A DNA stretch of 64,000 bases from positions 75,674 to 139,673 of the forward strand of contig NIVC01002373.1 in NCBI GenBank assembly GCA_002269645.1, in the 5' to 3' direction. Numbering within the stretch: the first letter of the stretch is position 1; each line of letters begins with the position of its first letter. Position numbers and translations under genes: made by a program. The notes under the pieces are model-generated. The model searched no databases, was not told the DNA's origin, and saw nothing but the letters and a program-made list of their open reading frames with translations. Shown piece after piece: positions 13,771-26,519 of the stretch. The DNA comes from Macrostomum lignano (Eukaryota).

Positions 13771-15344
13771 TGTCAGACCGAGCGGGCACAGCACAGAATT
13801 AGTCAAGGAAGATTCTGAGCTGAGTGACGCAGTTTTGATGCAGACGCAGGGGCTGTGGCACGGAAGTGGCGAGGCCAGGCTGTCCAGCTCAGCACAGACA
13901 CTTTGGACATGCAGCGGCTGCCTTGTTTTGCACTTCGCACAGGAAAGGTGAAAATCGGGCCATACAGGCTTGCTTCTCTTCACTGAGGCCCTGAGCAGTT
14001 GTGAGGCCGGAGCCTCCCAGAGACCGGGGGGCTTGGCTTGACTTTCAGTTTCTCGGTTTCCAGCCGGCCTGAGTATCGAAATGAGCTATCGAGTTCTGCA
14101 CCCCAGCCCAGCCGAGTCCCAGGCCTTTGTTTGCCGCGGCCGGATTGAATTTCACTGCTAAATATATTGGGGGGTTGAGGAGACCCCGGTGAGTTCAGCT
14201 CTTCACCCACCAGCGCGCCCTGCAGCTCAGGTGGCCTGTCTAATGCATGCATTATGCGGAGAAAGAGCGAGCAGTGCGCGGGCTCAGAGAACTGTATCGA
14301 CAAGTCTTGAGCAAAGTAGAGAAATTTGGTTACTGCCAAGCACTAACAGCCTTGGGGCCGAATTCTCTGCTCTCTCTCCTGTCTGCTCACGAGCTCCAAT
14401 GCAACTTCTGTTTCGTCTCTTAGGCTACTTGGTTTGCTGTGTTTTCACTGGTTCGTTCTGGTCTCCTGAAATAGACGGCCCGTTCGAACTCTGCTCAACA
14501 GTTTGCCTTCGGTTGGAGATTCGTCTGCTGCCGGCTGCCTGTTGATGAGACTGAGTCATCCTTCTAACCCTCCTTGAGTGTTGCATTGTGGCAGATCAGG
14601 CTGTTTATTAGACTCCAAAACTCCGAATTTCAGTTTAAAGGCGCTGTCCGGATTGATTACATAAATAAAATTCACGAGGAGCGGCACTGCATCTTGGAGA
14701 CAAAACCTGCTGTTTGGAGTGCCCGCAGAGCATTTATGTTTATGCATTCCTTAGCACCATCCTTCCTGTCCAACCCTCATCGTATCAGCTTAGGCGTCTG
14801 CACCGCTTCAGCAGAACAGCACAAAGAAATTGACGCCAGCCAGTGAGCGTTAGTCCGACCTCACTCTCCAGGAGTCTCATGGACTTCAGTCAGTTATCGC
14901 AGCTATTCATCAGTTCATTTCACTGTATCGCCCTTTGTTTATGCTGTGTGGATGCGTCCTGCCTTTCAGCCCACTTGCCGCGATTGGAACGGCAGTTTGG
15001 GCAAGGAATGGGCCAAGGGAGGCTTTCACTGCTCCGGGCTTAGAGCTCTTCCTGCCGTTAGTGGGGGGGTGGGTGAGTCGCGCGTTGAGACAACTTCACA
15101 CCCCATATGCAAGACTGCAGACCCTTTGGTCCAAACCCCCCCAAACTCGGCCTTTCCCCCGAGCCAATCAGCGCCCGCCGCACGCCAGACCCTCCCGGCT
15201 GAGCTCCCCAGTATTTTAATTCAATGACAAACAAAGCAATAAAATCCGCTCGCGCACTTAAATCGCAGTCAAGAGACAGGCAAACAAGGCAGACTTTTCT
15301 GTGTATTTCTTAGCCTGCCCTGAAAGTTCCTCGCGTGTCTGCAG

Positions 15345-15676
15345 AAGTGGTCAGCGCGATGTCGTCAGCACAGGAGCAAGAAGGCAGTAAACGGCGCTCA
15401 CGACTCGACGAATTCCTCGCAAACAACAGCGGCTTAGTGGCTTCCTCCCCGGCTGTCACCCACGTCCTGTGTTGCCCCGCCATGCCCTCTTGCTGCTTCA
15501 TGAGCCTTCAAGAGTCCGAGCTGGTTGCCCATGTAGCCACTTGCGGTTGCGTGGGCCCCGTTGACAGCTGCAACGTCACAGTGTACAGCTGCAGTCGCTG
15601 CCACGGAGCCTCCACTCAGCTGGACCTCATGCGGCAGCACATGAACATCTACCATGGACTCAGCGGCCAGGAGGAG
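15345..15676 (+). CDS. Exon encoding a C2H2 zinc finger (gene identity unknown)
   Basis: TCTGCAG acceptor and GAG|GTTGGT donor flank a frame with YSCSRCHGASTQLDLMRQHMNIYH (C-x2-C-x12-H-x4-H). Confidence 0.6.
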
Positions 15677-15689
15677 GTTGGTTTCTTTG

Positions 15690-16525
15690 CAGTGTTTTCC
15701 TTCAGGTTGTCTTTTAGGTGTTCAGGTCCTTCATTCAGGTGTCTTTTGGGTGTTCAGATCTTTCAGTGTGTCTTTTGAGTGTTCAGGTCTTTCAGTGTGT
15801 CTTTTGGGTGTTCAGATCCTTCAGTGTGTCTTTTGGGTGTTCAGGTCCTTCAGTGTGTCTTTTGGGTGTTCAGATCCTTCAGTGTGTCTTTTGGGTGTTC
15901 AGGTCCTTCAGTGTGTCTTTTGGGTGTTCAGGTCCCTCAGTGTGTCTTTTGTGTGTTCAGGTCCTTCAGTGTGTCTTTTGGGTGTTCAGGTCCCTCAGTG
16001 TGTCTTTTGGGTGTTCAGGTCCTTCAGTGTGTCTTTTGGGTGTTCAGATCTGTCAGTGTGTCTTTTGGGTGTTCAGGTCCTTCAGTGTGTCTTTTGGGTG
16101 TTCAGGTCCTTCAGTGTGTCTTTTAGGTGTTCAGGTCCTTCAGTGTGTCTTTTGGGTGTTCAGATCTTTCAGTGTGTCTTTTGGGTGTTCAGATCTTTCA
16201 GTGTGTCTTTTGGGTGTTCAGATCTTTCAGTGTGTCTTTTGGGTGTTCAGATCCTTCAGTGTGTCTTTTGGGTGTTCAGATCCTTCAGTGTGTCTTTTGG
16301 GTGTTCAGATCCTTCAGTGTGTCTTTTGGGTGTTCAGATCCTTCAGTGTGTCTTTTGGGTGTTCAGATCCTCCAGTGGGTGCCGTCGCTATCCCCTGATC
16401 CTCCAGTGGGTGCCGTCGCTATTCCCTGATCCTCCAGTGGGTGCTGTCGCTATCCCCTGATCCTCCAGTGGGTGCTTTCGCTATCCCCTGATCCTCCAGT
16501 GGGTGCTGTCGCTATCCCCTGATCC
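15690..16525. repeat. 29-bp minisatellite followed by a 31-bp minisatellite (~5 copies)
   Basis: CAGTGTGTCTTTTGGGTGTTCAGRTCYTT array, then GATCCTCCAGTGGGTGCYGTCGCTATCCCCT array. Confidence 0.95.
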
Positions 16526-17069
16526 TCGAGTCTACTGTCGCAATCTAGAACCATCAATGCGGGCCACTCGCATCCCAGTGGGAAAAGGCGCGAAAATCTT
16601 GGATCATTTCAATCCTGTGGAGCAGTCAAACCAGGGGCTGAGTCTCACAAGCCGTGTGCACCTGGGTCTCCAAATTGTATCAAATTTCTCCCAAACTGCT
16701 CTGCTCGATTGCTGAACCAAAATATGCAACTCCCGCGACCACCCGCTGACTCGGGCTGGACTGGCTCGGCGGTCACAGGCTGTGCATTCTAACATCCCCT
16801 CTGATCACCTCTCAAGTTTTGGGAAGTCTCCACTTGCGCCCAGCTTTGTCGCTCATTTGAATTCTAATTTCGAATTGCGCAACATTTCAGATTGTTGGGC
16901 AAAATAAACCTCAATTCCTTCAAGTCATTTTGCATTGCAAACACTGGTCAAATATATGGTTGGCACTGTGGGGAGCCTTTGCGGCAAAATGCTGCAGGCT
17001 AAGTGGTTGCGGTCAATGTTTGTTTATACAGCCCATGCTTGTTTTCAATAGAGACGGCTGCAAAAAAAT

Positions 17070-17350
17070 CTGCAAGCCTCCCATACAGAATCCACAGCCT
17101 CCCATACAGAATCCACAACCTCCCATACAGAATCCACAGCCTCCCATACAGAATCCACAACCTCCCATACAGAATCCACAGCCTCCCATATAGAATCCAC
17201 AGCCTCCCATACAGAATCCACAGACTTCCCTGCAGAATCCTCAGCCTCCCATACAGAATCCACAGCCTCCCTACAGAATCCACAGCCTCCCCTGCAGAAT
17301 CCACAGCCTCCCATATAGAATCCACAACTTCCCCTGCAGAATCCACAGCC
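17070..17350. repeat. 21-bp minisatellite (CATACAGAATCCACAGCCTCC)
   Basis: Directly visible. Confidence 0.9.
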
Positions 17351-17519
17351 CGAATCCATCCGCAGGTCAGCTCCCAGTTGACGGCCTGTCAGCTCAGCTG
17401 TCGACCCGTTGATTTTGGCGGCCCGGCGCCCACCGGCTCAAGAAAGCGGAAAAGTCACGTGCCGGTGAGTCAGCAGGCAGGAGTTCTCAGACAACTCTTC
17501 TCAACCTGGCCTCAGCTAA

Positions 17520-18205
17520 GCCATACTCTACTCTCACTCATCTGAGCCACAATCTACTCTCACTCAGCTAATCTCAGTCAGCTGAGCCATGATCTACTCT
17601 CAATTAGCTGAGCCACAATCTACTCTAAAATAGCTGAGCCATAATCTACTCTCACTCAGCTGAGCCATGATCTACTCTCAACTACTCTCACTCAGCTGAG
17701 CCATGATCTACTCTCAGCTACTCTCACTCAGCTGAGCCATACTCTACTCTGACTCAGCTGAGCCATGATCTACTCTCAGCTACTCTCACTCAGCTGAGCC
17801 ATAATCTACTCTGACTCAGCTGAGCCATGATCTACTCTCAACTACTCTCACTCAGCTGAGCCATGATCTACTCTGACTCAGCTGAGCCATGATCTACTCT
17901 CAACTACTCTCACTCAGCTGAGCCATGATCTACTCTCAGCTACTCTCACTCAGCTGAGCCATAATCTACTCTGACTCAGCTGAGCCATGATCTACTCTCA
18001 ACTACTCTCACTCAGCTGAGCCATAATCTACTCTGACTCAGCTGAGCCATGATCTACTCTCAACTACTCTCACTCAGCTGAGCCATAATCTACTCTCACT
18101 CAGCTGAGCCATGATCTACTCTCAGCTACTCTCACTCAGCTGAGCCATACTCTACTCTGACTCAGCTGAGCCATGATCTACTCTCAACTACTCTCACCCA
18201 GCTGA
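17520..18205. repeat. Compound 25/36-bp minisatellite (TCAGCTGAGCCATGATCTACTCTC...)
   Basis: Directly visible. Confidence 0.9.
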
Positions 18206-18634
18206 ACCAAATCTCTCAATTCGCAGCCAAGTGCCGCAGCACTCCAGCAAGTTTATCTTACAGCTTGCGAAAGCTGGGCCTCCGCCTCATCTATCAAGCC
18301 TCAGCTGTGTGCAGCTCAGGCCGCCAAATATCTGTGCGATCTGCGGTGCTGCTCGCATCTGCGCAAAGCCACCCCATGCAGGCCGAGTGAGGCCCCATCT
18401 GTGCATGAAATCTGCAGGCCTGCTTTCAGTCACGCACTGCTGCAGGGCTCAAGGCTGAACTTCGGTCTAAAACTTGTTCAGCTCTCGGTGTGCAACTCGC
18501 CCATATCTAAACTAAACTCTGCAGAGAATTATGTGCTGCTTAGCCGGGGCCGTGGCTGTGTTTATACACTGATCTATAATCCATGCAGTTTCCGCTGGAG
18601 CCAGCAGCCATGCCTGCCTTCTCTGCTCTGCCCC

Positions 18635-18669
<35 letters not shown>

Positions 18670-18849
18670 CCTCAGCTCTCACCGATCACGCCATTCCAGA
18701 TAGTTGCAACTTCGCTTGCTTCTGCAGGAACGGCTCTTGAGCTTGCACGGCTCTGCTTCAGCAATACTAGATATTTCTCTGGCGCAGTTTTGTGTCTTTT
18801 GATGTCAGATTTGTATCGTGCTTTCTTGTATATCTTGGGCGACTTTTCT

Positions 18850-19250
18850 CGGTGGACTGGCACAGTCGCGCATAGGACTGGCACAATCGCACATAGGACT
18901 GGCACAATCGCGCATAGAACTGGCACAAGCGCGCATAGGACTGGCACAAGCGCGCATAGGACTGGCACAAGCGCGCATAGGACTGGAACAAGCGCGCATA
19001 GGACTGGCACAATCGCGCATAGGACTGGCACAAGCGCGCATAGGACTGGCACAATCGCGCATAGGACTGGCACAAGCGCGCATAGGACTGGCACAAGCGC
19101 GCTTAGGACTGGCACAATCGCGCATAGGACTGGCACAAGCGCGCATATAACTGGCACTTTCATAGGACTGGCACAAGCGCGCTTAGGACTGGCACAATCG
19201 CGCATAGGACTGGCACAAGCGCGCATATAACTGGCACTTTCATAGGACTG
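18850..19250. repeat. 21-bp minisatellite (CATAGGACTGGCACAAGCGCG)
   Basis: Directly visible. Confidence 0.95.
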
Positions 19251-20334
19251 GCGTTCTCAATAATCGCTTAAATTCAATCAATCATAATAATGCACAGATT
19301 TCGGTTGCACAGGCATCGCACATACGAGTACCGGTATGTTCTGCAAAACAAGGCGTTGAACAAGGCGTTTTATCTGTAAAATGCGCGCTTGTACCTGTGC
19401 ACACATCGATCTGCGCTAATGTCGCGCGCTTATTCGGCTAATTCTCACTCCATATTCCACGCTATGCCCCCTTCTCAGTGCTCTCATCTCTCAAGTCAAA
19501 ATATTTCTCCTTCAATTCTTACCAGCCTGAGTCCTTGACAAGCGTAAGTTGAGCTGGACCCACTAACAGGTATTCAGCAGGCACTTGCACCGGGAGCAAC
19601 CGGTAGCGGAAACCCCAGGCAGACACGGCATAAATCATGGCTCCGCTCTTAGAGACGCCTCAAAACTCACTGAGACCCAGCTTGCGGACAACGCTAACAG
19701 CCCCGGAATTTCCTCCATTTGAGCTCCCAGGGACGGCGCGGTCCTTCACCCGACACCGCACTGCAGTTTATAATAATAATATTTATGGATTACATGCAGC
19801 TTCTCACAAATCTTGCTGACCCTGGCAGCCTGCTGCCCCAGTTTGCCGACTGTGCAACTCGAGTAGAGACGGGGCCAGGCTAATTGAAATTTGAGACCAC
19901 AGGCTCCCATTAGCTTTTCACTGAGGCCTGCTTTGACACTTGCTCCCCCTGCTGATTCACTGCTCTCTCTGTTTTGCCTCGGTGCTCACTGGCGCTTCCT
20001 GTTGTTCATTCAACAAGACTTATTCTACTCTAACTACTTCGATTCTCCATGCAAATAGCAATATGCGAATAACTTTGAAAATTCTTCCAAATCCTGCAGG
20101 AGCGAATCCGGTCACCAGCCTCTGCTGCCAGCGAGAAAATTTCGAAGCTTTTGGACTCGTCGGCTGCAAAGGTAAGTTCTGAAATGCACCGGCTTTGTGC
20201 AAGCTGAGCAGCTCTTGGCCTCCTGGGCGCCTCATCTCACTTAGCAAGCTGTTCACCAGTTCCCAAGTTCTGAAGGAACACATGGAGCTGGCGGACACCG
20301 CCCTGGGCATCTTATCTTATTAAGGAAAGTATTC

Positions 20335-21430
20335 ACCAGCTGCCCTGTTCCTTCAGGCCCGCCAGCTCTCCTTTTCCTTCAGGCCCGCCAGCTGCCCTGT
20401 TCCTTCAGGCCCGCCAGCTGCCCTGTTCCTTCAGGCCCGCCATGCAGCTGCCCTGTTCCTTCAGGCCCGCCAGCTGCCCTGTTCCTTCAGGCCCGCCAGC
20501 TGCCCTGTTCCTTCAGGCCCGCCATGCAGCTGCCCTGTTCCTTCAGGCCCGCCAGCTGCCCTGTTCCTTCAGGCCCTCCAGTTCTCCCGTTCCTTCAGGC
20601 CCGCCAGCTGCCCTGTTCCTTCAGGCCCTCCAGTTCTCCCGTTCCTTCAGGCCCGCCAGCTGCCCTGTTCCTTCAGGCCCTCCAGTTCTCCCGTTCCTTC
20701 AGGCCCGCCAGCTGCCCTGTTCCTTCAGGCCCTCCAGTTCTCCCGTTCCTTCAGGCCCGCCAGCTCTCCCGTTGCTCGCCAGTTCTCCCGTTTCTTCAGG
20801 CCCGCCAGCTCTCCTTTTCCTTCAGGCCCGCCAGCTGCCCTGTTCCTTCAGGCCCGCCAGCTGCCCTGTTCCTTCAGGCCCTCCAGTTCTCCCGTTCCTT
20901 CAGGCCCGCCAGCTCTCCGTTGCTCGCCAGTTCTCCCGTTCCTTCAGGCCCGCCAGCTGCCCTGTTCCTTCAGGCCCGCCATGCAGCTGCCCTGTTCCTT
21001 CAGGCCCGCCAGCTGCCCTGTTCCTTCAGGCTCGCCTGCTATCCTGTTCCTTCAGGCTCGCCAGCTGCCCTGTTCCTTCAGGCTCGCCAGCTGCCCTGTT
21101 CTTTCAGGCCCTCCAGTTCTCCCGTTCCTTCAGGCCCTCCAATTCTCCTGTTCCTTCAGGCCCTCCAGTTCTCCCGTTCCTTCAGGCCCGCCAGCTCTCC
21201 TGTTCCTTCAGGCTCGCCAGCTCTCCTGTTCCTTCAGGCTCGCCAGCTGCCCTGTTCCTTCAGGCCCTCCAGTTCTCCCGTTCCTTCAGGCCCTCCAATT
21301 CTCCTGTTCCTTCAGGCCCTCCAGTTCTCCCGTTCCTTCAGGCCCTCCAGTTCTCCCGTTCCTTCAGGCCCGCCAATTCTCCCGTTCCTCCAGGCCCGCC
21401 AGCTCTCCCGTTCCTCCAGGCCCGCCAGCT
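20335..21430. repeat. 26-bp minisatellite (GTTCCTTCAGGCCCGCCAGCTGCCCT)
   Basis: Directly visible. Confidence 0.95.
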
Positions 21431-21473
21431 CTCTCGCCCAAACAGCGCACGCCCCAGCGCCTCAGCCATTCAG

Positions 21474-22057
21474 CTCTTGACCATCGCCCAATTTCGACTC
21501 TCCAGCCCGGCGCCAGGCCCTGCATCCCGCCAGCCGTCTCGCCTGCCTCAGCCTCCGACATTCTGGATCTCCGCCTGAAGCCGCCAGCCGACGCCGCTGA
21601 TGCCGAGGACGCGTTGCTGTCGCAACCCCAGCAGCTTTATCCGCAGAGCAGCGCCGATTGCAGCATCCCGCCAGCCTCGTCATCGACCAACTCGCCATCG
21701 TCGGCTTCCTCCAAGTCAGCCTGCGGCATCCTGGATCTCAGCCTGAAGCGGCTGGCAGATGCGGCGTCGCCGATGTCCCAGAAGCCGCAGCAGCAGCAGC
21801 AGGCCAGGCACCCAAAGCAGCAGCAGCAGAAGACGATCGCGAAGCCACAGAGGCAGAATTTCACAGACGTGCAGAACAGCCAGCTGCAGGGCTGGTTCTC
21901 CGAGCACCGGCAGAAGCCGTACCCCAGCACCGCGGACACGCACCGGCTGGCCGAGCTCACCGGCCTGAGCTACCCGCAGGTGAAGAAGTGGTTCGCCAAC
22001 AGGCGCATGCGGACAAAAACTCCCTGCGAGCTGCTGCCCGGAGATGCGCAGTGCGGG
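21474..22057 (+). CDS. Exon encoding a divergent TALE-class homeodomain protein
   Basis: RQNFTDVQNSQLQGWFSEHRQKPYPSTADTHRLAELTGLSYPQVKKWFANRRMRTK has the TALE PYP loop and WFxNxR helix 3. The exon ends at a GGG|GTGAGT donor; the acceptor is approximate. Confidence 0.85.
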
Positions 22058-22289
22058 GTGAGTCTGGCTGGCTGAACCAGCTGTTACTGAGCTTGCCAAC
22101 CTTCAAGCTTGAATCCCCGTGCTTTGTGTAAAATACCTTCAGATAAATCTCCCGATTATACCTGACAGTCCCCATAGTTGTCTCCCTGGCTTGTATGCAG
22201 AAATTCCCACCGCAAATCCCGGGTTTTTATACTGTATTACAATCCCCACTGAAAATCCGTGTTTTATACCAGAATCCTTGGTTTTTATA

Positions 22290-22690
22290 TCAGAATACCA
22301 CAGGTGAATCCCTGTGTTTTATATCAGAATCCCACAGGTGAATCCCTGTGTTTTATATCAGAACCCCACAGGTGAATCCTTGAGTTTTATATCAGAACCC
22401 CACAGGTGAATCCCTGAGTTTTATATCAGAATCTCACAGGCGAATCCCTGTGTTTTATATCAGAACCCCACAGGTGAATCCCTGTGTTTTATATCAGAAT
22501 CCCACAGGTGAATCCCTGTGTTTTATATCAGAATCCCACAGGTGAATCCCTGTGTTTTATATCAGAATCCCACAGGTGAATCCCTGTGTTTTATATCAGA
22601 ATCCCACAGATTAATCCCTGTGTTTTATATCAGAATCCCACAGGTAAATCCCTGTGTTTTATATCAGAATCCCACAGGTAAATCCCTGGA
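22290..22690. repeat. 34-bp minisatellite (GTTTTATATCAGAATCCCACAGGTGAATCCCTGT)
   Basis: Directly visible. Confidence 0.95.
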
Positions 22691-23359
22691 TTATAGAATG
22701 CAACAGAAATAGTAAACGGTGCTCACCCACCGAATCCCAAACCCACAGGAAATCCGCAGCAGCGGTCTGTCATCCGGCAAGGCCTCCCCTAGCAACTGGT
22801 CGCTGGCGGAATTCCGCTCAGAGAACTCGCCAGCCTAAGCGTCAGTAGTTTGGTCAGTAGTATGCTGCGCTCGCGCCTTCCAAGAACATGTGGTGCTCTA
22901 AAAATCGGAGTTTATTTGCGAGCTACTCGTAGAAAAAACTCAAAAAACCTTTGACTCCTCACAGCTCGACTCAAATCCGAGCTTAAGCGGTGCTTTTTGT
23001 GTCATTTTTGAAGCCATCAGTTGATTTTTGCGCGCGACTTCAAACAGATTTCCTTGGTGTGCAATTTTTAAACAATATTTTAATATTTTAGTATTTAGCC
23101 AAGCATGCGCTACGCATAAGAATTCTCCTGCAATAATTCATGTTTTATCATTTTGTTTTCTCTTCGTCTTCTTGAAGTGCGTCGTAGTATAGTAGCTTTC
23201 AGCTGATGAGCTCGTTGCTTAAGTCCCACTCTTAATTCTTTTCAACCAACAGTGCACATCAATACACATCGGAGAAGTCAAACTCAGCTTTTGCGAGCCA
23301 TGAATTTGTTAGAACTCTTCATTCTTATGCGTTTCTTTTTTGCTGAAAGTCGCTATGGT

Positions 23360-26190
23360 CGCTCATCCATCCACAGCTGTAAATCATCCATCCACAGCTG
23401 TAAATCATCCATCCACAGCTGTAAATCCTCCATCCACAGCTGTAAATCATCCATCCACAGTTGTAAATCCTCCATCCACAGCTGTAAATCATCCATCCAC
23501 AGCTGTAAATCATCCATCCACAGCTGTAAATCATCCATCCACAGCTGTAAATCCTCCATCCACAGCTGTAAATCATCCATCCACAGCTGTAAATCATCCA
23601 TCCACAGCTGTAAATCATCCATCCACAGTTGTAAATCCTCCATCCACAGCTGTAAATCATCCATCCACAGCTGTAAATCATCCATCCACAGCTGTAAATC
23701 ATCCATCCACAGCTGTAAATCATCCATCCACAGCTGTAAATCCTCCATCCACAGCTGTAAATCATCCATCCACAGCTGTAAATCATCCATCCACAGCTGT
23801 AAATCATCCATCCACAGTTGTAAATCCTCCATCCACAGCTGTAAATGATGTATCCACAGCTGTAAATCATCCATCCACAGCTGTAAATCATCCATCCACA
23901 GCTGTAAATCATCCATCCACAGCTGTAAATCCTCCATCCACAGCTGTAAATCATCCATCCACAGTTGTAAATCCTCCATCCACAGCTGTAAATCATCCAT
24001 CCACAGCTGTAAATCATCCATCCACAGCTGTAAATCATCCATCCACAGCTGTAAATCCTCCATCCACAGCTGTAAATCATCCATCCACAGCTGTAAATCA
24101 TCCATCCACAGCTGTAAATCATCCATCCACAGTTGTAAATCCTCCATCCACAGCTGTAAATCATCCATCCACAGCTGTAAATCATCCATCCACAGCTGTA
24201 AATCATCCATCCACAGCTGTAAATCATCCATCCACAGCTGTAAATCATCCATCCACAGCTGTAAATCCTCCATCCACAGCTGTAAATCATCCATCCACAG
24301 CTGTAAATCATCCATCCACAGCTGTAAATCATCCATCCACAGTTGTAAATCCTCCATCCACAGCTGTAAATCATCCATCCACAGCTGTAAATCATCCATC
24401 TACAGCTGTAAATCATCCATCCACAGCTGTAAATCATCCATCCACAGCTGTAAATCATCCATCCACAGCTGTAAATCCTCCATCCACAGCTGTAAATCAT
24501 CCATCCACAGCTGTAAATCATCCATCCACAGTTGTAAATCCTCCATCCACAGCTGTAAATCATCCATCCACAGCTGTAAATCATCCATCCACAGCTGTAA
24601 ATCATCCATCCACAGCTGTAAATCATCCATCCACAGCTGTAAATCATCCATCCACAGTTGTAAATCCTCCATCCACAGCTGTAAATCATCCATCCACAGC
24701 TGTAAATCATCCATCCACAGCTGTAAATCATCCATCCACAGCTGTAAATCCTCCATCCACAGCTGTAAATCATCCATCCACAGCTGTAAATCCTCCATCC
24801 ACAGCTGTAAATCCTCCATCCACAGCTGTAAATCATCCATCCACAGCTGTAAATCATCCATCCACAGCTGTAAATCATCCATCCACAGCTGTAAATCCTC
24901 CATCCACAGCTGTAAATCCTCCATCCACAGCTGTAAATCATCCATCCACAGCTGTAAATCATCCATCCACAGCTGTAAATCATCCATCCACAGCTGTAAA
25001 TCATCCATCCACAGCTGTAAATCCTCCATCCACAGCTGTAAATCATCCATCCACAGCTGTAAATCATCCATCCACAGCTGTAAATCATCCATCCACAGTT
25101 GTAAATCCTCCATCCACAGCTGTAAATCATCCATCCACAGCTGTAAATCATCCATCCACAGCTGTAAATCATCCATCCACAGCTGTAAATCATCCATCCA
25201 CAGCTGTAAATCATCCATCCACAGCTGTAAATCCTCCATCCACAGCTGTAAATCATTCATCCACAGCTGTAAATCATGTATCCACAGCTGTAAATCATTC
25301 ATCCACAGCTGTAAATCATGTATCCACAGCTGTAAATCATCCATCCACAGCTGTAAATCATCCATCCACAGCTGTAAATCATCCATCCACAGCTGTAAAT
25401 CATCCATCCACAGTTGTAAATCCTCCATCCACAGCTGTAAATCATCCATCCACAGCTGTAAATCCTCCATCCACAGCTGTAAATCATCCATCCACAGTTG
25501 TAAATCCTCCATCCACAGCTGTAAATCATCCATCCACAGCTGTAAATCATCCATCCACAGTTGTAAATCCTCCATCCACAGCTGTAAATCATCCATCCAC
25601 AGCTGTAAATCATCCATCCACAGTTGTAAATCCTCCATCCACAGCTGTAAATCATCCATCCACAGCTGTAAATCATCCATCCACAGCTGTAAATCATCCA
25701 TCCACAGCTGTAAATCATCCATCCACAGCTGTAAATCATCCATCCACAGTTGTAAATCCTCCATCCACAGCTGTAAATCATCCATCCACAGCTGTAAATC
25801 ATCCATCCACAGCTGTAAATCATCCATCCACAGCTGTAAATCATTCATCCACAGCTGTAAATCATTCATCCACAGCTGTAAATCATGTATCCACAGCTGT
25901 AAATCATTCATCCACAGCTGTAAATCATGTATCCACAGCTGTAAATCATTCATCCACAGCTGTAAATGATGTATCCACAGCTGTAAATCATTCATCCACA
26001 GCTGTAAATCATCCATACACAGCTGTAAATCATCCATCCACAGCTGTAAATCATCCATCCACAGCTGTAAATCATCCATACACAGCTGTAAATCATCCAT
26101 CCACAGCTGTAAATCATTCATCCGCAGCAGTACATTATGTATCCGCAGCAGTACATTATGTATCCACAGCAGTACATTATGTATCCACAG
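23360..26190. repeat. ~2.8-kb 21-bp satellite (CATCCACAGCTGTAAATCATC)
   Basis: Over 130 near-identical copies with recurring variants. Confidence 0.97.
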
Positions 26191-26519
26191 TTGTATTTCA
26201 CTTATTCACACCTGTAAATATAAATCTATTTATAGCTGAAAATAGTTTATCCACAGCTATAAATCATCTATATCTATCCGCATCTGTACAACAAACAGAA
26301 TAATTATCGATCAGCTCCAATTTGAAAAGCTTTGAGTCACAATACTTCAGTTTTCTGCAGTGGTTTCCAGCTGCAAGCTTTTTCTTCACCAACAACGAAG
26401 GCACATCGAATACATTGGATACTGAGGCTCATCAAGCTAGCAAGCAAGTCATCGGCATAGAACAAATAATCAGTGGTTAATGGTTGGCCAGATTCGGTAA
26501 CTCATATTTCTCAGGTGAC

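Noticed and set aside
23252-26303. Long ORFs of 198-987 aa (and similar ones at 8.2, 10.1, 11.2, 12.2, 15.7, 18.7, 20.4 and 36.9 kb)
   Set aside because: They are translations of stop-free minisatellites, open in several frames on both strands, with no coding signal.
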